DNA of 64,000 nt from an uncultured delta proteobacterium (GTDB taxonomy: Bacteria; Myxococcota_A; Polyangia; Haliangiales; Haliangiaceae): the NCBI GenBank assembly GCA_963848295.1, contig CAWKDB010000002.1:1120001-1184000 (forward strand), read 5' to 3'. Positions 45,865-56,412 of this stretch are shown in pieces (position 1 is the stretch's first letter; each line of letters starts with the position of its first letter). The position numbers and the translations under genes are program-made. The notes under the pieces are model-generated. The model was not told the origin of the DNA and searched no databases. It saw only the letters and a list, made by a program, of their open reading frames with translations.

Positions 45865-46454
45865 AGCATGCGATCGCAGTGGTCGTCGTCGTCTTGCTCG
45901 GTGGATGCAGCATCGATCACCGCACCGACGGCTTGAAGTGCGGCTCGTCGTCGGACTGCAGCGACGGCCGAACATGCGATCTGTCGATCGGCGGCTACTG
46001 TGTCACCGACGGCTCGAGCTCGATGATGTGCCCGTCGGTCTGTGCGAGCTGCGACTTCACGCAGGCCACGCCGGCGTGCGCGATCACGAGCGGCGGCTCG
46101 GTGCAGTGCCCGGCGGGGTTCTTCTGCGACATCACCTGCGGCGGCACCGACAACTGTAGCTCGGTGACCTGCGGCGATGACGGCTGCGACGTGACGTGCT
46201 CATCGGCCGGCGCGTGCAGCGCCATCTCGTGCCCCGGCACCGGCCCGTGCCAGGTCGATTGCCGGACCACGGGAGCTTGCGGCGGCAACATCACCTGTAC
46301 CAGCTCGTGCAAGTGCGACGTGACGTGCACCGGGCAGAACGCCTGCAGCGGGCTGTCGAGTTGCCCCAAGCACGGCGCGACTCGATGCACGACCGACGGC
46401 AGCCCGCTCTCTCCGTGCGACTCGTCGAAGGCCGCCTCGTGCGACCAGTGCTAG
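45861..46454 (+). CDS. Cys-rich repeat lipoprotein
   Basis: LGGC lipobox; repeated CDVTC...AC motifs. Confidence 0.8.
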   Translation: MKHAIAVVVVVLLGGCSIDHRTDGLKCGSSSDCSDGRTCDLSIGGYCVTDGSSSMMCPSVCASCDFTQATPACAITSGGSVQCPAGFFCDITCGGTDNCSSVTCGDDGCDVTCSSAGACSAISCPGTGPCQVDCRTTGACGGNITCTSSCKCDVTCTGQNACSGLSSCPKHGATRCTTDGSPLSPCDSSKAASCDQC

Positions 46455-46545
46455 AGAGGCGGCTTCATCGGCGTCATCGGGGACTTGCCCGCCGCGTGGG
46501 TTGAGGGTACGAATCGCTCTGCCGCAAGCTCGCGGCGCGTGCGCT

Positions 46546-47052
46546 ATGAGCGAGAAATTCCCCATGACCCCCGCGGGGTTCGCCACGATGAAGGCGCACC
46601 TCTATCGGCTCAAGAATCACGACCGGATCGCGAATAGCCGGGCGATCGAGATCGCCCGCGGGCACGGCGACCTGTCCGAAAACGCCGATTACAGCGCCGC
46701 CAAAGAGGAACAAGGCCTGATCGAGGCCAAGATCCGCGAGCTCGAAGCGAAATTGGCGATGTCCGAAGTAATTGATCCAACCAAATTGTCGGGTACGCGA
46801 GTCAGATTCGGCGCGACCGTGACGATCATCGACACCGAGAGCGACGAGTCCACGCGCTACGTGATCGTCGGCGAGCATGAAGCCGACATCAAGCGCGGTC
46901 GGATCTCGATCGGCGCACCCGTCGCTCGCGCGTTGATCGGCAAAGAAGTCGGAGAGACGGTCGTCGTACAGAGCCCGAAGGGCAAGCGAGAGTACGAAGT
47001 CGCCTCGGTCGAATGGATCGAAGTTTCCCCGCTCGAGGAGGTCGCGTCGTGA
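46546..47052 (+). CDS. greA: Transcription elongation factor GreA
   Basis: HGDLSENADYSAAKEEQ; ISIGAPVARALIGK. Confidence 0.95.
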   Translation: MSEKFPMTPAGFATMKAHLYRLKNHDRIANSRAIEIARGHGDLSENADYSAAKEEQGLIEAKIRELEAKLAMSEVIDPTKLSGTRVRFGATVTIIDTESDESTRYVIVGEHEADIKRGRISIGAPVARALIGKEVGETVVVQSPKGKREYEVASVEWIEVSPLEEVAS

Positions 47053-47288
47053 TTCGTAAAGCTCTCTTGGTTGTCGCGACGATCGCGCTGGGTGCGGCCG
47101 GTTGCAAACAAGGCCTCGGGCAGCGCTGCCAGGTTCAATCCGACTGTGCGGACAACCTCGTGTGCAACGAAGGTACCCAGCAGTGTTCGACCGGCACCGG
47201 CACCGGCCTCGACGCCGGCCTCCCGATCGACGCGCCGATCGACGCGAAGCCGATCGACGCGACGCCGATCGACTCGACCGTCCAATAG
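47049..47288 (+). CDS. Small Cys-containing lipoprotein
   Basis: AAGC lipobox; GQRCQVQSDCADNLVC. Confidence 0.7.
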   Translation: MIRKALLVVATIALGAAGCKQGLGQRCQVQSDCADNLVCNEGTQQCSTGTGTGLDAGLPIDAPIDAKPIDATPIDSTVQ

Positions 47289-48257
47289 CTACAAGCTGCG
47301 CGCGCAGCGCAGGCCGATATGCGAGAAGCGATGGTCGCCTGCGTAGACCGGGTTGTACGGATCGCGCGCGTACGTCCGGCCGAGATAGGCGGGTTGCCGC
47401 CACGAGCCACCGCGGACGACATGCGGCTCGCTCGCGATCCCGGCGCGCACCGGATCGAGATCCGGCAAGCCTTTGTAGCCGAGCGTCTCGGGCGTCGAGC
47501 CGAGCGCATCGGCGGTCCACTCCGCGACGTTGCCGGCGAGATCGCGCAAGCCGTAGCCGGCCCACGCCGGGCCATCGCCCCACTCGAAGCTGCCGGGCGG
47601 CGCGAGCGCGAGCGCACCATCACTGTCGTCGGGGTCGCCCATGAGCTCGAGCGGAAACGTCGCGGGCGTGCGATCGATCTCGCGCATCGCCAGCGCGCGT
47701 GGTTGACCGTGGTTGAAGTCGGCGTCGCGCGCAGTGTTGCCCCACGGCCACTCGCGCCTGTCGTCCCCGCGTGCCGCGTGCTCCCACTCCGCCTCCGTCG
47801 GTAAGCGGCCACCGCGCCACTGGCAGAACTGCTGCGCCTCCGACCAGGTGACGTTGACGAGCGGCCAGTCATCGCGCAGATAACGCAGGTCGCCGGCGAC
47901 CAACGGTTCGAGCGCACAGTGACCAGCGGCCGCGCAGCGCCGGTAGTCCGCCACCGTGACCTCGTAGCGATCGATCGCGAACGCCGACAGATAGATCACG
48001 CGCTCGCCCATCTCCTCGAGCTCGCGCACGTAGAGGTCGCACATCGAATCGATCTGCGCGACCGTGGCCGGATTGATGCGGGAGACATGATCGAGCCGGC
48101 ATTCGGCGAGTAGGTCCGCCTCGTCGCCGGGCTCGATGCCCATCTCGAACGAACCGGCCGGGACGTAGACCTCGCGCGGCGGTTCGTCGACGACGCGCAC
48201 GACCTGGCCTGCGCCCAGCGAGAGCAGCGCGCACATCGCCATGACCCATGGTCGCAT
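47289..48257 (-). CDS. FGE-sulfatase (SUMF1/C-type lectin fold) domain protein
   Basis: FEMG, RLPTEAEWE, DLAGNVAEW, RGGSW, IGLRCA. Confidence 0.92.
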   Translation of the reverse strand: MRPWVMAMCALLSLGAGQVVRVVDEPPREVYVPAGSFEMGIEPGDEADLLAECRLDHVSRINPATVAQIDSMCDLYVRELEEMGERVIYLSAFAIDRYEVTVADYRRCAAAGHCALEPLVAGDLRYLRDDWPLVNVTWSEAQQFCQWRGGRLPTEAEWEHAARGDDRREWPWGNTARDADFNHGQPRALAMREIDRTPATFPLELMGDPDDSDGALALAPPGSFEWGDGPAWAGYGLRDLAGNVAEWTADALGSTPETLGYKGLPDLDPVRAGIASEPHVVRGGSWRQPAYLGRTYARDPYNPVYAGDHRFSHIGLRCARSL

Positions 48258-48279
48258 CAGCGCTGATCGTGGCGCGGAT

Positions 48280-49968
48280 TCATCGCGCCAGCAACCATGC
48301 GAGCGCTGGCCGCACCCGCTCCGCGCTCACCGCCGGTGCCGCGGCGAGCTTGCCCAGCAGCGGATTCGCGCTCGCCGCCCGCCCCCGGCGGGCCGCAAAG
48401 CGCCGCAGTGCGGCGCTGCGCACGTCCGGCGCCTCGTCGCTGACCAACCGCGCGATCGCGTCGTCGTCGTCGAGGACCGCCGCGACCGCGCAGCGCACCT
48501 TGGGCGATGGATCGGCCGCCGCGCGCAACGCCAGGGCGCGATCGGCGCTCGTCCCGATCGCGGTCCACGCCGCCGCGCGGACATCGGCGTCGCGATCGTC
48601 GGCCAAGACGAGCAGGTCTCTCGTGCTCGTGCCCGATCTGCCGATCCCCGCTGCATACGCGGCCCTCACATTCGCCGCCGGATCGTCCACCGCCCTCGCC
48701 GGGTGCGCCGGATCGACCACCCCGATCGCCGCGATCGCGGCTGCCCTCACTTCGCGATCGCGATCTGCGCCGAGCGCGTGTAGTCGCGCGATCGCCCTCG
48801 CCGGTGCTCCGCTGGCCATCGTCGCCGCCTCGGCACAGGCCGCGCGCACGCTGGCATCCGGATCGCGCAAGCCGCGGTCGAGCGCGGCCCACGCCCGGCC
48901 CTTGGCCGGCCCGGTGCGCACGGCGCCGAGTCCCGCGCACGCCGCTGCGCGCATCCGCGGATCGCCGCGGTCGATCCAGTGCGCGAGCGTCGCGAGCGCC
49001 GCATCATCGGGAATCGCCGCGAGCGCCTCGAGCGCGACCTCCGGCGGTGGCGAGCCGGAAGCATCGAGTGTCGAGCGAGCGAGCGCGGTGCGATCGAGCG
49101 CGACCAACGCGCGAACATCGGCGACCGCGAGGTTGCCGTTCGCGTGAAGATCGAGGGCGAGTTGAGCCGCGAGCGGCACGGCCGCCTCGCGATCGCCGAG
49201 CCGTCCGGCCGCTTCGACCGCCGCGCGCTCGAGCTCGACGTCGCTGGTCACGCCGATCGCCGCACGGACGTCGGGCGCGAGCTCGCGGACGTGGGCCAGG
49301 CCGATCGCTTCGACCGCAGCGCGACGCGCGGTCTCGTTGCCGCCGAGCGCCTCGCGCAACGCCGCGATCATCACGTGCTCGGTCGCGACCGCGCGAGCCC
49401 CGTCGGTCGGAGGAGCGGCCTGGATGCGCGCGGCGGCGCGCGCGAGCTCGTGCCGCGCGAGCATCTCGTCGATCACGCCGGCGAGCGGTAAGCGCACGTC
49501 GACCACTTCGGCGGTCGCGGGCCCGGCCTGCCGGCGGTCGCGGGCGAACAGCCAGCGCAAGTGCACGCGCTGGTCGTCGGACCACAACTCGCTCGGCGGC
49601 TTGGCGAACGGCGCGGCATCCGCGATCGCGTCGCGCACCGCGCGATCGAAGTCTTGATTGCCGGACGAGACGACGTTGATCTCCGCGACGTTGCCGCTCG
49701 GCTCGACGACGAGGTCGACCGTCGTGGCGAGCGTCATCGCGTTGAGCGGCGCGTTCGCCGGGAGCCGGAGCCGACAGTCTTCGAGAAACTGGCCCCAGCC
49801 CGGCTGCAGCTCGAGCGCGACCTGAGTCAGATATGCGGCACCACGCACGCGCAGATCGATCGGCGCCGGCGCCGCGAGCCTCGGCATGCGGGGCGCGGCC
49901 GGTGCCGCCGGCTTCGGCGCGCCACAAGCGGCGAGCACGGTGAGCGCACAGCCGGCGAGGCGCGACAT
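48280..49968 (-). CDS. Lipoprotein with TonB-C-like domain and HEAT repeats
   Basis: LAAC lipobox; VVSSGNQDFDRAVRDAI..AAPF; DxDxxVRAAA repeats. Confidence 0.75.
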   Translation of the reverse strand: MSRLAGCALTVLAACGAPKPAAPAAPRMPRLAAPAPIDLRVRGAAYLTQVALELQPGWGQFLEDCRLRLPANAPLNAMTLATTVDLVVEPSGNVAEINVVSSGNQDFDRAVRDAIADAAPFAKPPSELWSDDQRVHLRWLFARDRRQAGPATAEVVDVRLPLAGVIDEMLARHELARAAARIQAAPPTDGARAVATEHVMIAALREALGGNETARRAAVEAIGLAHVRELAPDVRAAIGVTSDVELERAAVEAAGRLGDREAAVPLAAQLALDLHANGNLAVADVRALVALDRTALARSTLDASGSPPPEVALEALAAIPDDAALATLAHWIDRGDPRMRAAACAGLGAVRTGPAKGRAWAALDRGLRDPDASVRAACAEAATMASGAPARAIARLHALGADRDREVRAAAIAAIGVVDPAHPARAVDDPAANVRAAYAAGIGRSGTSTRDLLVLADDRDADVRAAAWTAIGTSADRALALRAAADPSPKVRCAVAAVLDDDDAIARLVSDEAPDVRSAALRRFAARRGRAASANPLLGKLAAAPAVSAERVRPALAWLLAR

Positions 49969-49986
49969 CTGCCGTGATCTTCTTGG

Positions 49987-52900
49987 TTACGCCGAGACTT
50001 CTTCGCGCACGTGTGTGCCGAGGTGGCGGCGCACTGCGAAGTACGGCTCGCTGACCGCGTACGCGAGCAGGTCGCGCAGCCGCTCCTTGACCGGCATGCT
50101 CGACAACGACGCACCTTCGGTCGCGATCGCGCGCGCGGCGACCTCGAGATCGTTCGACACGATCAAGCCGACGCGGTTCGCGGTCAGATCGGTCGCCGCG
50201 CGCCACGAGGCGATCAGGCCATTGCCGACGCGTCCCGACAGCTGGATGGACAGCTCGCCGACTTGCTCGAGCAGCGGGCCCGGCACCTGGCGCTGCAGCG
50301 CCTCCGCCATCTTCTGCGCTTCGTCGCCCGCAGGCGCGAACGGTTGACCGTCGTGGCCGGTGAGCCGCGCGCCGCTCGCGAGCACCGCGGCGGCAAACGC
50401 CGACTCGAGCTTCGGCAGCGTGCCGACCGCGAGCGTCACGAACCGCTCCGGCCGCAGATATGCCATCCGCTTGCCGACCTCGAACGCGAGCTCTCGCTCG
50501 TCGGTCTTCGCGAGCAGCTGGGCGCCGACGAGCAGCGTCGGAACGAGCTTGCCGCGGTCGCCGCCGAGCCCGACCGTATTCGCGACGCGCAGGCCGTCGC
50601 CGGTCTCTTGCAGCCAGACCATCGGCGCCGGATCGATCGCGAGCACCGAGCCGACATACTTGACGATGCGCGACACCGCGCGCGGATCCTGATCGAGATC
50701 CGCACGGCCATCCGGCGTCAGCCCGAACGCGGTGATCGGCTGTGCGGTGCCACCTGCGATCGCGCCGAGCGTCGAGCTGAAGATCGCGCCGACATGCCGG
50801 TCCTCGCGGGGATGGATCACCGACTTCTGCCACAGCTCCTCGGTGAGCCGGCGCGGCGCCGGCGAGAATGCGCTCGGCCGGAACCGCTCGTAGAGCACGC
50901 GTTCCTCGTCGGACGCGGCGCCCAAGAACACCAGTGCCTGCGCGACGCACCACGCCTTGTCGAGCTCGTGATCGGCGCGATACAGGCTCGCGAGCGCTTT
51001 GTAGAGCTCGACGCGATCGGGCGCGTGGCCGAGCAAGAACTGCAGCTCGGCGACCGCCTCGGTCCGCTTGCTCTCGCCCGCTTCGAGGTAGAGGTCGGCG
51101 AGTTGCTCGTGGCGCGCCATGTCGTCGGGCGCGATCTCGGTCGCCACCTGGTAAGCCTCGGTCGCCGCCTGGGTGTCGCCCAGGTGGTCGAGGTAGAGGT
51201 CGCCGAGCTTCGTCCACAGGCCGAGCAGCACCTCGGACGGCACGTCGTCACCGCTGCGCTTGAGCTGGCGGCGATAGGCGCGCGCCAGGTTCTTCCAATC
51301 CTTGCGATTGACGAGCAGCTCCTCGACCGCCTCGAACGCCTTCGGCGTCGCCGGCGCATCGTCGAGAGCGGCGTTGAACCGATCTACCGCGAGGTCGGCA
51401 TCCGCGATCTCGTCGCGAGCGATCACCGCGGCGGTGTAGTGAAACCGCGCGCGCCGATCCGGCGAGGTCTCGAGCGCAGACAGCTGATCGAGCGTCTCGA
51501 TCGCGCGCCGCCACGAGCGTTGCTCGGTGTACGCCTCGAGCACCTTGTGCATCAACAGGCGCGAGCCGGGCGCGAGCTTGAGGCCCTCTTGGTACGCGTT
51601 GATCGCGGAGCTGACGTCCTTGATCTTGTCGTGCCAGACGTCGCCGATCTCCTCGAACAGCTTCGCGCGCTGTGGCTCGGTATTGTCGCGCTTGGCGAGC
51701 GCGTCGACTTGCGCGCGCTTCGAGTCGGCGACGATCCGCCACTCGCCACGGGCGCCGCCGAGCTCGACCATCGCCTCGAGCGTCGGCTCGTGCAACGGAT
51801 CGCGCTCGAGCGCGCGGCGATAGCTCGCCTCGGCCTTCTTGTCCTCGCCCTGAGCACGCGACACCGCGCCGAGCCGGAACCAGATCTCGGCGACGTGCGC
51901 GTCCGACAGCGACGTGCGATGGCGCGCGAGCACCTCGCGATAGCGCCGGTCGACTTCCTTCCACTGCACCGCTTGGGCTTCGGCGCCTTCCGCCGCCTTC
52001 GCTTCGGCCATCAAGACGTTCGCGAGCCCGATCGCGGCGTCGAGGCTATCGGGGTCGGCTTCGACCGCGAGCTTGAAGTGACGCGCCGCCTTCTCGGTGC
52101 GATGGAGGATCTCGTACGCGGTGCCGAGCTGCGCTTGCATCCGCGATCGCTCGCGCCGATCGAGGCCCTCTTGGCCCTCGGCCTGACGCACGAGCATCTC
52201 GAGCACGGGCAGCGCGTCGTCCCAGCGCTTCGCGGCGACGAGCCGGTCGGCGACCCGGCGACCCGCCTCGACGTGATCGGGATCGAGCTTCAACACGCGC
52301 TGATAGAGCTCGAGCGCGCGCGAAGGATCCTCGAGCTTGCCGTCGACGATCTGCGCCGCTTCCCACAGCAGGGCGAGCCGTTCGTTGCGGCTACCGCTCG
52401 CGGCATCGCCGCGCAACATGAGCTCGACCGCGGTACCCCAGTTGCCGCGCGTCGCGTGGACCGAGCCGAGGCCCTTCAACGCGACGAGGTTCTCGGGATC
52501 GAGCGCGAGCGCCTTCTCGAAGTGGCGTTGCGCGACCTCGAGATCCTTGACGTGGTCGGCGGCGAGCTTGCCGGCTTCGGCGAAGATCGGCGCGGCCTTG
52601 TCGCCATCCAGTACGGCGCGGCGGACCAGCGCATCGAGCGCGCGGTCGTATTGCTCGAGCCGCGTGTAGAGCCGCGGCAGCATCGTCAGCGCGGTGCGGT
52701 TCGCGTCCTCGATCGCGAGCGCATCGAGCGAGCTGTCGATCGCGTGCTGCGGGTCGTCGAGCTCGCGCTCGTAGATCTGCGCCGAATCGAGGTGGAGCTC
52801 GAGCCGCTGCGCCGGCGTGCGCGCCGCCGTGATGTGGCGACGATACGCGTCGACGAGATCTTTCCACTTGCGCTCCGCCGACAGCACGCGCTCGAGGCCG

Positions 52901-54933
52901 CGATAGGCGTCGTCGGCCGACGGCTCGGCGTCGAGCAGCTTGCCGTACGTCTTGGCGGACCGCGCGGGATCGCGGTCCTCGAGCTCGGCGGCGAGCTTGC
53001 GCAGCGTCGCGAGCTTCTCGGTCTCCGGCGCGACGTGACCGAGCCGCTCCATCGTGTCGAGGTAGTCGTCGGTTCGACCGGTCTTGTCGTAGAGGTCGAC
53101 GAGCGCACGCAGCGCTTCGACATCGCTACCGTTCTCGGCGACCGACGCCTCGTAGCGCGCGATCGCACCTTCGAGATCGCCCAGCTTCTCGGCGCGCAGC
53201 GTCGCGAGCTCCTTGCGGATCGCCGCGGCGCGGTTCGGATCGGGTGCGAGCTCGGCGCGGCGGTCGAGCACCTTTGCGAGGTCGGCCCACTTCTCGTCGC
53301 GGCGATACAGCCGTTCGAGCGCGGCGAGCGCGTTGTCCTGGATCGCGTCGCCACCTGCTTCGACATCGCACGCGATTTCGGCGGCTTGCTCGTAGGTTTC
53401 GATCGCCCTGGCCGACGACGCGAGCTGGTTCTCGAACAGCTCGCCCAGGCCGAGCAGCGCGTCGACCTTGGTCTTGACGTTGGTCTCGACGTCGGCGTGA
53501 GCGCGCAGCGTGTCGGCGAGCTCCGACCACTTCTGGCCCTTGCGCTGGAGATCCGCGAGCACGATGTGCGCGGCGGTGTTGTGCGCATCGAGCTCGATCG
53601 CGCGGCGGATACTCGGCAGCGCGTAGTCGGCGCGGTCGAGCTTCGTGAGGTACCAGCCGCCGAGCCGCGCCCACCACGCCGACGCGAGATGCGCGTCGCC
53701 GGCGTCGGTCGCGATCTGCGACGCCTCGTTGACGAGCTCGCTCCATCCGCCGGTCGCGGCGGCGAGCTTCTCGACGAGCGCGATCGCCGCTTCGTCATCG
53801 GGCGCGATCTGACAAGCGGTCATCGCCGCCTCGAACGCGCGGCGGAGATCGCCCAAGCCGGTCTCGTAGGTCTCCGCGAGCTGGCGCAGACGAAACGCGC
53901 GCTCGCTCGCCTCGTCGGCATTTTCGATCTTGCCGACCAGCACTTCGACGACGGTGTCCCACTGCTGCGCATCGCGCGCCTTGCGCTCGATCAGCTCGAG
54001 GGCATCGCGCGCCTCCGCGGCTTCGTCGCCGCCTTCGCCGAGCAGCGCGATCCAACCCTCGGCGTCGTCGAGATCCGGCCGCGACTGGGCGAGCGACACG
54101 CTGTTCTTGACGCACGTCGCCTCGAGCGCCTCGAGCCACTCGAGCACCGAGCGCTCGGCGACCTCGTCGCCGCCCTTGCCCGCGAGGTTGACGACCTCGA
54201 TCTTGTGCTCGGCCATCAGCTCGTCGACCGTGACCGGCCCGACGCTCGCGCCGAGGAAGTAGTGCGTACCGCGCGGCGGCTCGAACATGCCGAACACGCG
54301 ATCGAGCAGCGCCGCGAGATCGGGGTCGCCGTAACGAAACCCGACGAACACGAGCGAGCCTTCGACGTAGAGCTTGCGCGCGTACTCGCGGAGATCGACC
54401 GCGCGAGACAACGCGCGGCGCACCGAGCGCGGAGTCACGACGTAGGTGTCGAAGTTGCCGAGCATCTTGACCAGCGTGCGGCGCCGCGGCGACAGCTCGC
54501 CGAGCTCCTGGTACGTGACGATCTTCGCGGCCGGCCAGCCTTCGGGCGAGCCGGTCTCGAACGAATGCTCGAGGATGTCGCCGGGGAACGTCGTCCACAC
54601 GTGGCGGAACGGTAGCTTCGCGAGCGCCTTCGGCAGCGCCGGCACGTCGGCGGGCGCGGCCCAGGTCTCTTGCACGATCTTGTCGCACGCGTCTTCACCG
54701 AGCGCGCGGGCCAGAAAGCCGACCGCGCGGACCAAGCTGCCCTTGTGCAGCAGCTTTTCGAGGTCCTTGGTCGCCGCGTCGTCGCCTTCGCGACCGCGGG
54801 TCTCGAGCGCCTTGGTCATGCGCTCCAGCATCTGCTTCCAACTCGGTACTCCGATTCCCGCACCGACCACGAGGGCTGCTTTGCCCGTCCGGATCTGCTC
54901 GATGAGGGACTCGGGGATCGTGTGCTCGTGCAT
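49987..54933 (-). CDS. Giant SIR2-like + TPR-repeat protein (AgmK-like TPR region)
   Basis: N-terminal VVGAG..PSW, WTT, FVGFRYGDPD; ~1100 aa of TPRs; C-terminal FEVGKRMAYLRPE...TANRVG domain. Confidence 0.8.
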   Translation of the reverse strand: MHEHTIPESLIEQIRTGKAALVVGAGIGVPSWKQMLERMTKALETRGREGDDAATKDLEKLLHKGSLVRAVGFLARALGEDACDKIVQETWAAPADVPALPKALAKLPFRHVWTTFPGDILEHSFETGSPEGWPAAKIVTYQELGELSPRRRTLVKMLGNFDTYVVTPRSVRRALSRAVDLREYARKLYVEGSLVFVGFRYGDPDLAALLDRVFGMFEPPRGTHYFLGASVGPVTVDELMAEHKIEVVNLAGKGGDEVAERSVLEWLEALEATCVKNSVSLAQSRPDLDDAEGWIALLGEGGDEAAEARDALELIERKARDAQQWDTVVEVLVGKIENADEASERAFRLRQLAETYETGLGDLRRAFEAAMTACQIAPDDEAAIALVEKLAAATGGWSELVNEASQIATDAGDAHLASAWWARLGGWYLTKLDRADYALPSIRRAIELDAHNTAAHIVLADLQRKGQKWSELADTLRAHADVETNVKTKVDALLGLGELFENQLASSARAIETYEQAAEIACDVEAGGDAIQDNALAALERLYRRDEKWADLAKVLDRRAELAPDPNRAAAIRKELATLRAEKLGDLEGAIARYEASVAENGSDVEALRALVDLYDKTGRTDDYLDTMERLGHVAPETEKLATLRKLAAELEDRDPARSAKTYGKLLDAEPSADDAYRGLERVLSAERKWKDLVDAYRRHITAARTPAQRLELHLDSAQIYERELDDPQHAIDSSLDALAIEDANRTALTMLPRLYTRLEQYDRALDALVRRAVLDGDKAAPIFAEAGKLAADHVKDLEVAQRHFEKALALDPENLVALKGLGSVHATRGNWGTAVELMLRGDAASGSRNERLALLWEAAQIVDGKLEDPSRALELYQRVLKLDPDHVEAGRRVADRLVAAKRWDDALPVLEMLVRQAEGQEGLDRRERSRMQAQLGTAYEILHRTEKAARHFKLAVEADPDSLDAAIGLANVLMAEAKAAEGAEAQAVQWKEVDRRYREVLARHRTSLSDAHVAEIWFRLGAVSRAQGEDKKAEASYRRALERDPLHEPTLEAMVELGGARGEWRIVADSKRAQVDALAKRDNTEPQRAKLFEEIGDVWHDKIKDVSSAINAYQEGLKLAPGSRLLMHKVLEAYTEQRSWRRAIETLDQLSALETSPDRRARFHYTAAVIARDEIADADLAVDRFNAALDDAPATPKAFEAVEELLVNRKDWKNLARAYRRQLKRSGDDVPSEVLLGLWTKLGDLYLDHLGDTQAATEAYQVATEIAPDDMARHEQLADLYLEAGESKRTEAVAELQFLLGHAPDRVELYKALASLYRADHELDKAWCVAQALVFLGAASDEERVLYERFRPSAFSPAPRRLTEELWQKSVIHPREDRHVGAIFSSTLGAIAGGTAQPITAFGLTPDGRADLDQDPRAVSRIVKYVGSVLAIDPAPMVWLQETGDGLRVANTVGLGGDRGKLVPTLLVGAQLLAKTDERELAFEVGKRMAYLRPERFVTLAVGTLPKLESAFAAAVLASGARLTGHDGQPFAPAGDEAQKMAEALQRQVPGPLLEQVGELSIQLSGRVGNGLIASWRAATDLTANRVGLIVSNDLEVAARAIATEGASLSSMPVKERLRDLLAYAVSEPYFAVRRHLGTHVREEVSA

Positions 54934-55062
54934 CCTAAACCCCCAGGCCTGTTCGTTGATTGGGGCGCACCGTAGCGACCGCTCCCGTCGGGGTCAACCG
55001 AAATCCGGTGTGGTAGCGTCGGCCGTTCGTCCTGGGCGATGGACGACCGAGCCCGACGGCGG

Positions 55063-55626
55063 CTACGCGCCGCACTGCGCTTTGACGAGCGCCGCGATCG
55101 ACCGACATTCCTGCCCGGCCGACGGCGGATCGAGCGGAAGCTTCAGCAGCGCGTACGTGTCGGCGCCGTCGAACAGGCTCGACTGGCCGAGCGCACACAG
55201 CGGCACGTGGACGTGCTGCGACTGCGCGGCAGCGAGGTCGCGTGCGAACGCCTCGGCCCGTGGCCCCGACCCCGGAGTGCCGTAGCGCGCTCGCACGGCG
55301 CGGACCGCGGCATCGGCGTGCGCGTTCTGCGCGCGCGCGTCGGCGAGCTGCTTCGCCGACCATCTCGGCTGGAGCTTGTAGCGGAGCTCGAGCGTGACGA
55401 GCGGGCCGCCCGGGACCTTCGCGGCCGCTTCGGGCGCGACATAGACCGGCCGGTCGTGGCGAATCACGAGCTCGGTATCGGTCGCCATCAGCGTCCATCC
55501 GGTCGGCAGCGCATGCTCGAGCCGCATCACCGCGGGGTCGCTGCCCGGCGGCGTCGTCGCGGGCTCGGCAAACGCAGGGGTCGCCGCCAGCGCAACCAAG
55601 GTCGCGGCGATCGCTAGCGAAGGCAT
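55063..55626 (-). CDS. Secreted hypothetical protein
   Basis: Signal peptide ending AFA; host-like codon use. Confidence 0.6.
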   Translation of the reverse strand: MPSLAIAATLVALAATPAFAEPATTPPGSDPAVMRLEHALPTGWTLMATDTELVIRHDRPVYVAPEAAAKVPGGPLVTLELRYKLQPRWSAKQLADARAQNAHADAAVRAVRARYGTPGSGPRAEAFARDLAAAQSQHVHVPLCALGQSSLFDGADTYALLKLPLDPPSAGQECRSIAALVKAQCGA

Positions 55627-55680
55627 GACCGCAGCGTGGCCACACGCGACGGAGAGAGCAAGTGGTAATGTGCCTCGCCG

Positions 55681-56412
55681 ATGTCGATGTTCTCCGAGAC
55701 GGTTGCGATCTATCGCTCGTCGAAAAAAAAGCAGGACATCAACTGGTTCACCGAATGGGTGGCGCGGCCGCCCGCCGCGCTCGTGGTCTACGCGGTCAAG
55801 GGCACACCGATCACGCCGAACCAGGTGACGTTCGCCTCGGCGGTGATCGCGGCCGGCGCGTGCGCGATGTTCGTGTTCCTACCGGGCTGGAGGTGGCTGG
55901 TCGCGGCCGCGCTCGTGTTCGAATTCTCGTTCGTGCTCGATTGCGCCGACGGCCAGCTCGCGCGGCTCAAGAAGGTCGCGTCGCCGCTCGGCCACCTGCT
56001 CGACTTCTTGATGGACGAGCTCAAGGCGATGCTGCTGTACGGGGCGGTGACCGTCCGACTGTGGCGGGAGACCGGCGACGACCGGCTGCTGCTCGTCGGG
56101 CTCGGCGCGTTGTTCTGTCTCGCCGCGGGGATCTCGTTGACCTCGTTCACGCGTCGCCCGGAGTACGGCGCGAAGCCACCGACCGAGGATGGCCAGCCCG
56201 CCGAGCTCGTCGGGCGCAAGGGGCCGATCGGCGCGGTGCTGTCGGCGGTCGAGTGGTGCGCACGCATCGTGGTGCATTACCCGCAGTACTTGTGGCTGGT
56301 CGCCGCGTGCGATCGCATCGACATCTACTTCTGGGCATACGCCGGTGTGAACGCGCTGTACTTCGCGAAGACGTTCGCCGCGATCTTCTTCCGGCTCGGG
56401 CGCTTCCGGTGA
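55681..56412 (+). CDS. CDP-alcohol phosphatidyltransferase
   Basis: [16 protein letters not shown]...GHLLDFLMD. Confidence 0.9.
   Translation: MSMFSETVAIYRSSKKKQDINWFTEWVARPPAALVVYAVKGTPITPNQVTFASAVIAAGACAMFVFLPGWRWLVAAALVFEFSFVLDCADGQLARLKKVASPLGHLLDFLMDELKAMLLYGAVTVRLWRETGDDRLLLVGLGALFCLAAGISLTSFTRRPEYGAKPPTEDGQPAELVGRKGPIGAVLSAVEWCARIVVHYPQYLWLVAACDRIDIYFWAYAGVNALYFAKTFAAIFFRLGRFR

Noticed and set aside
50011..54615. 1534-aa antisense ORF
   Set aside because: Shadow frame of the SIR2-TPR gene.
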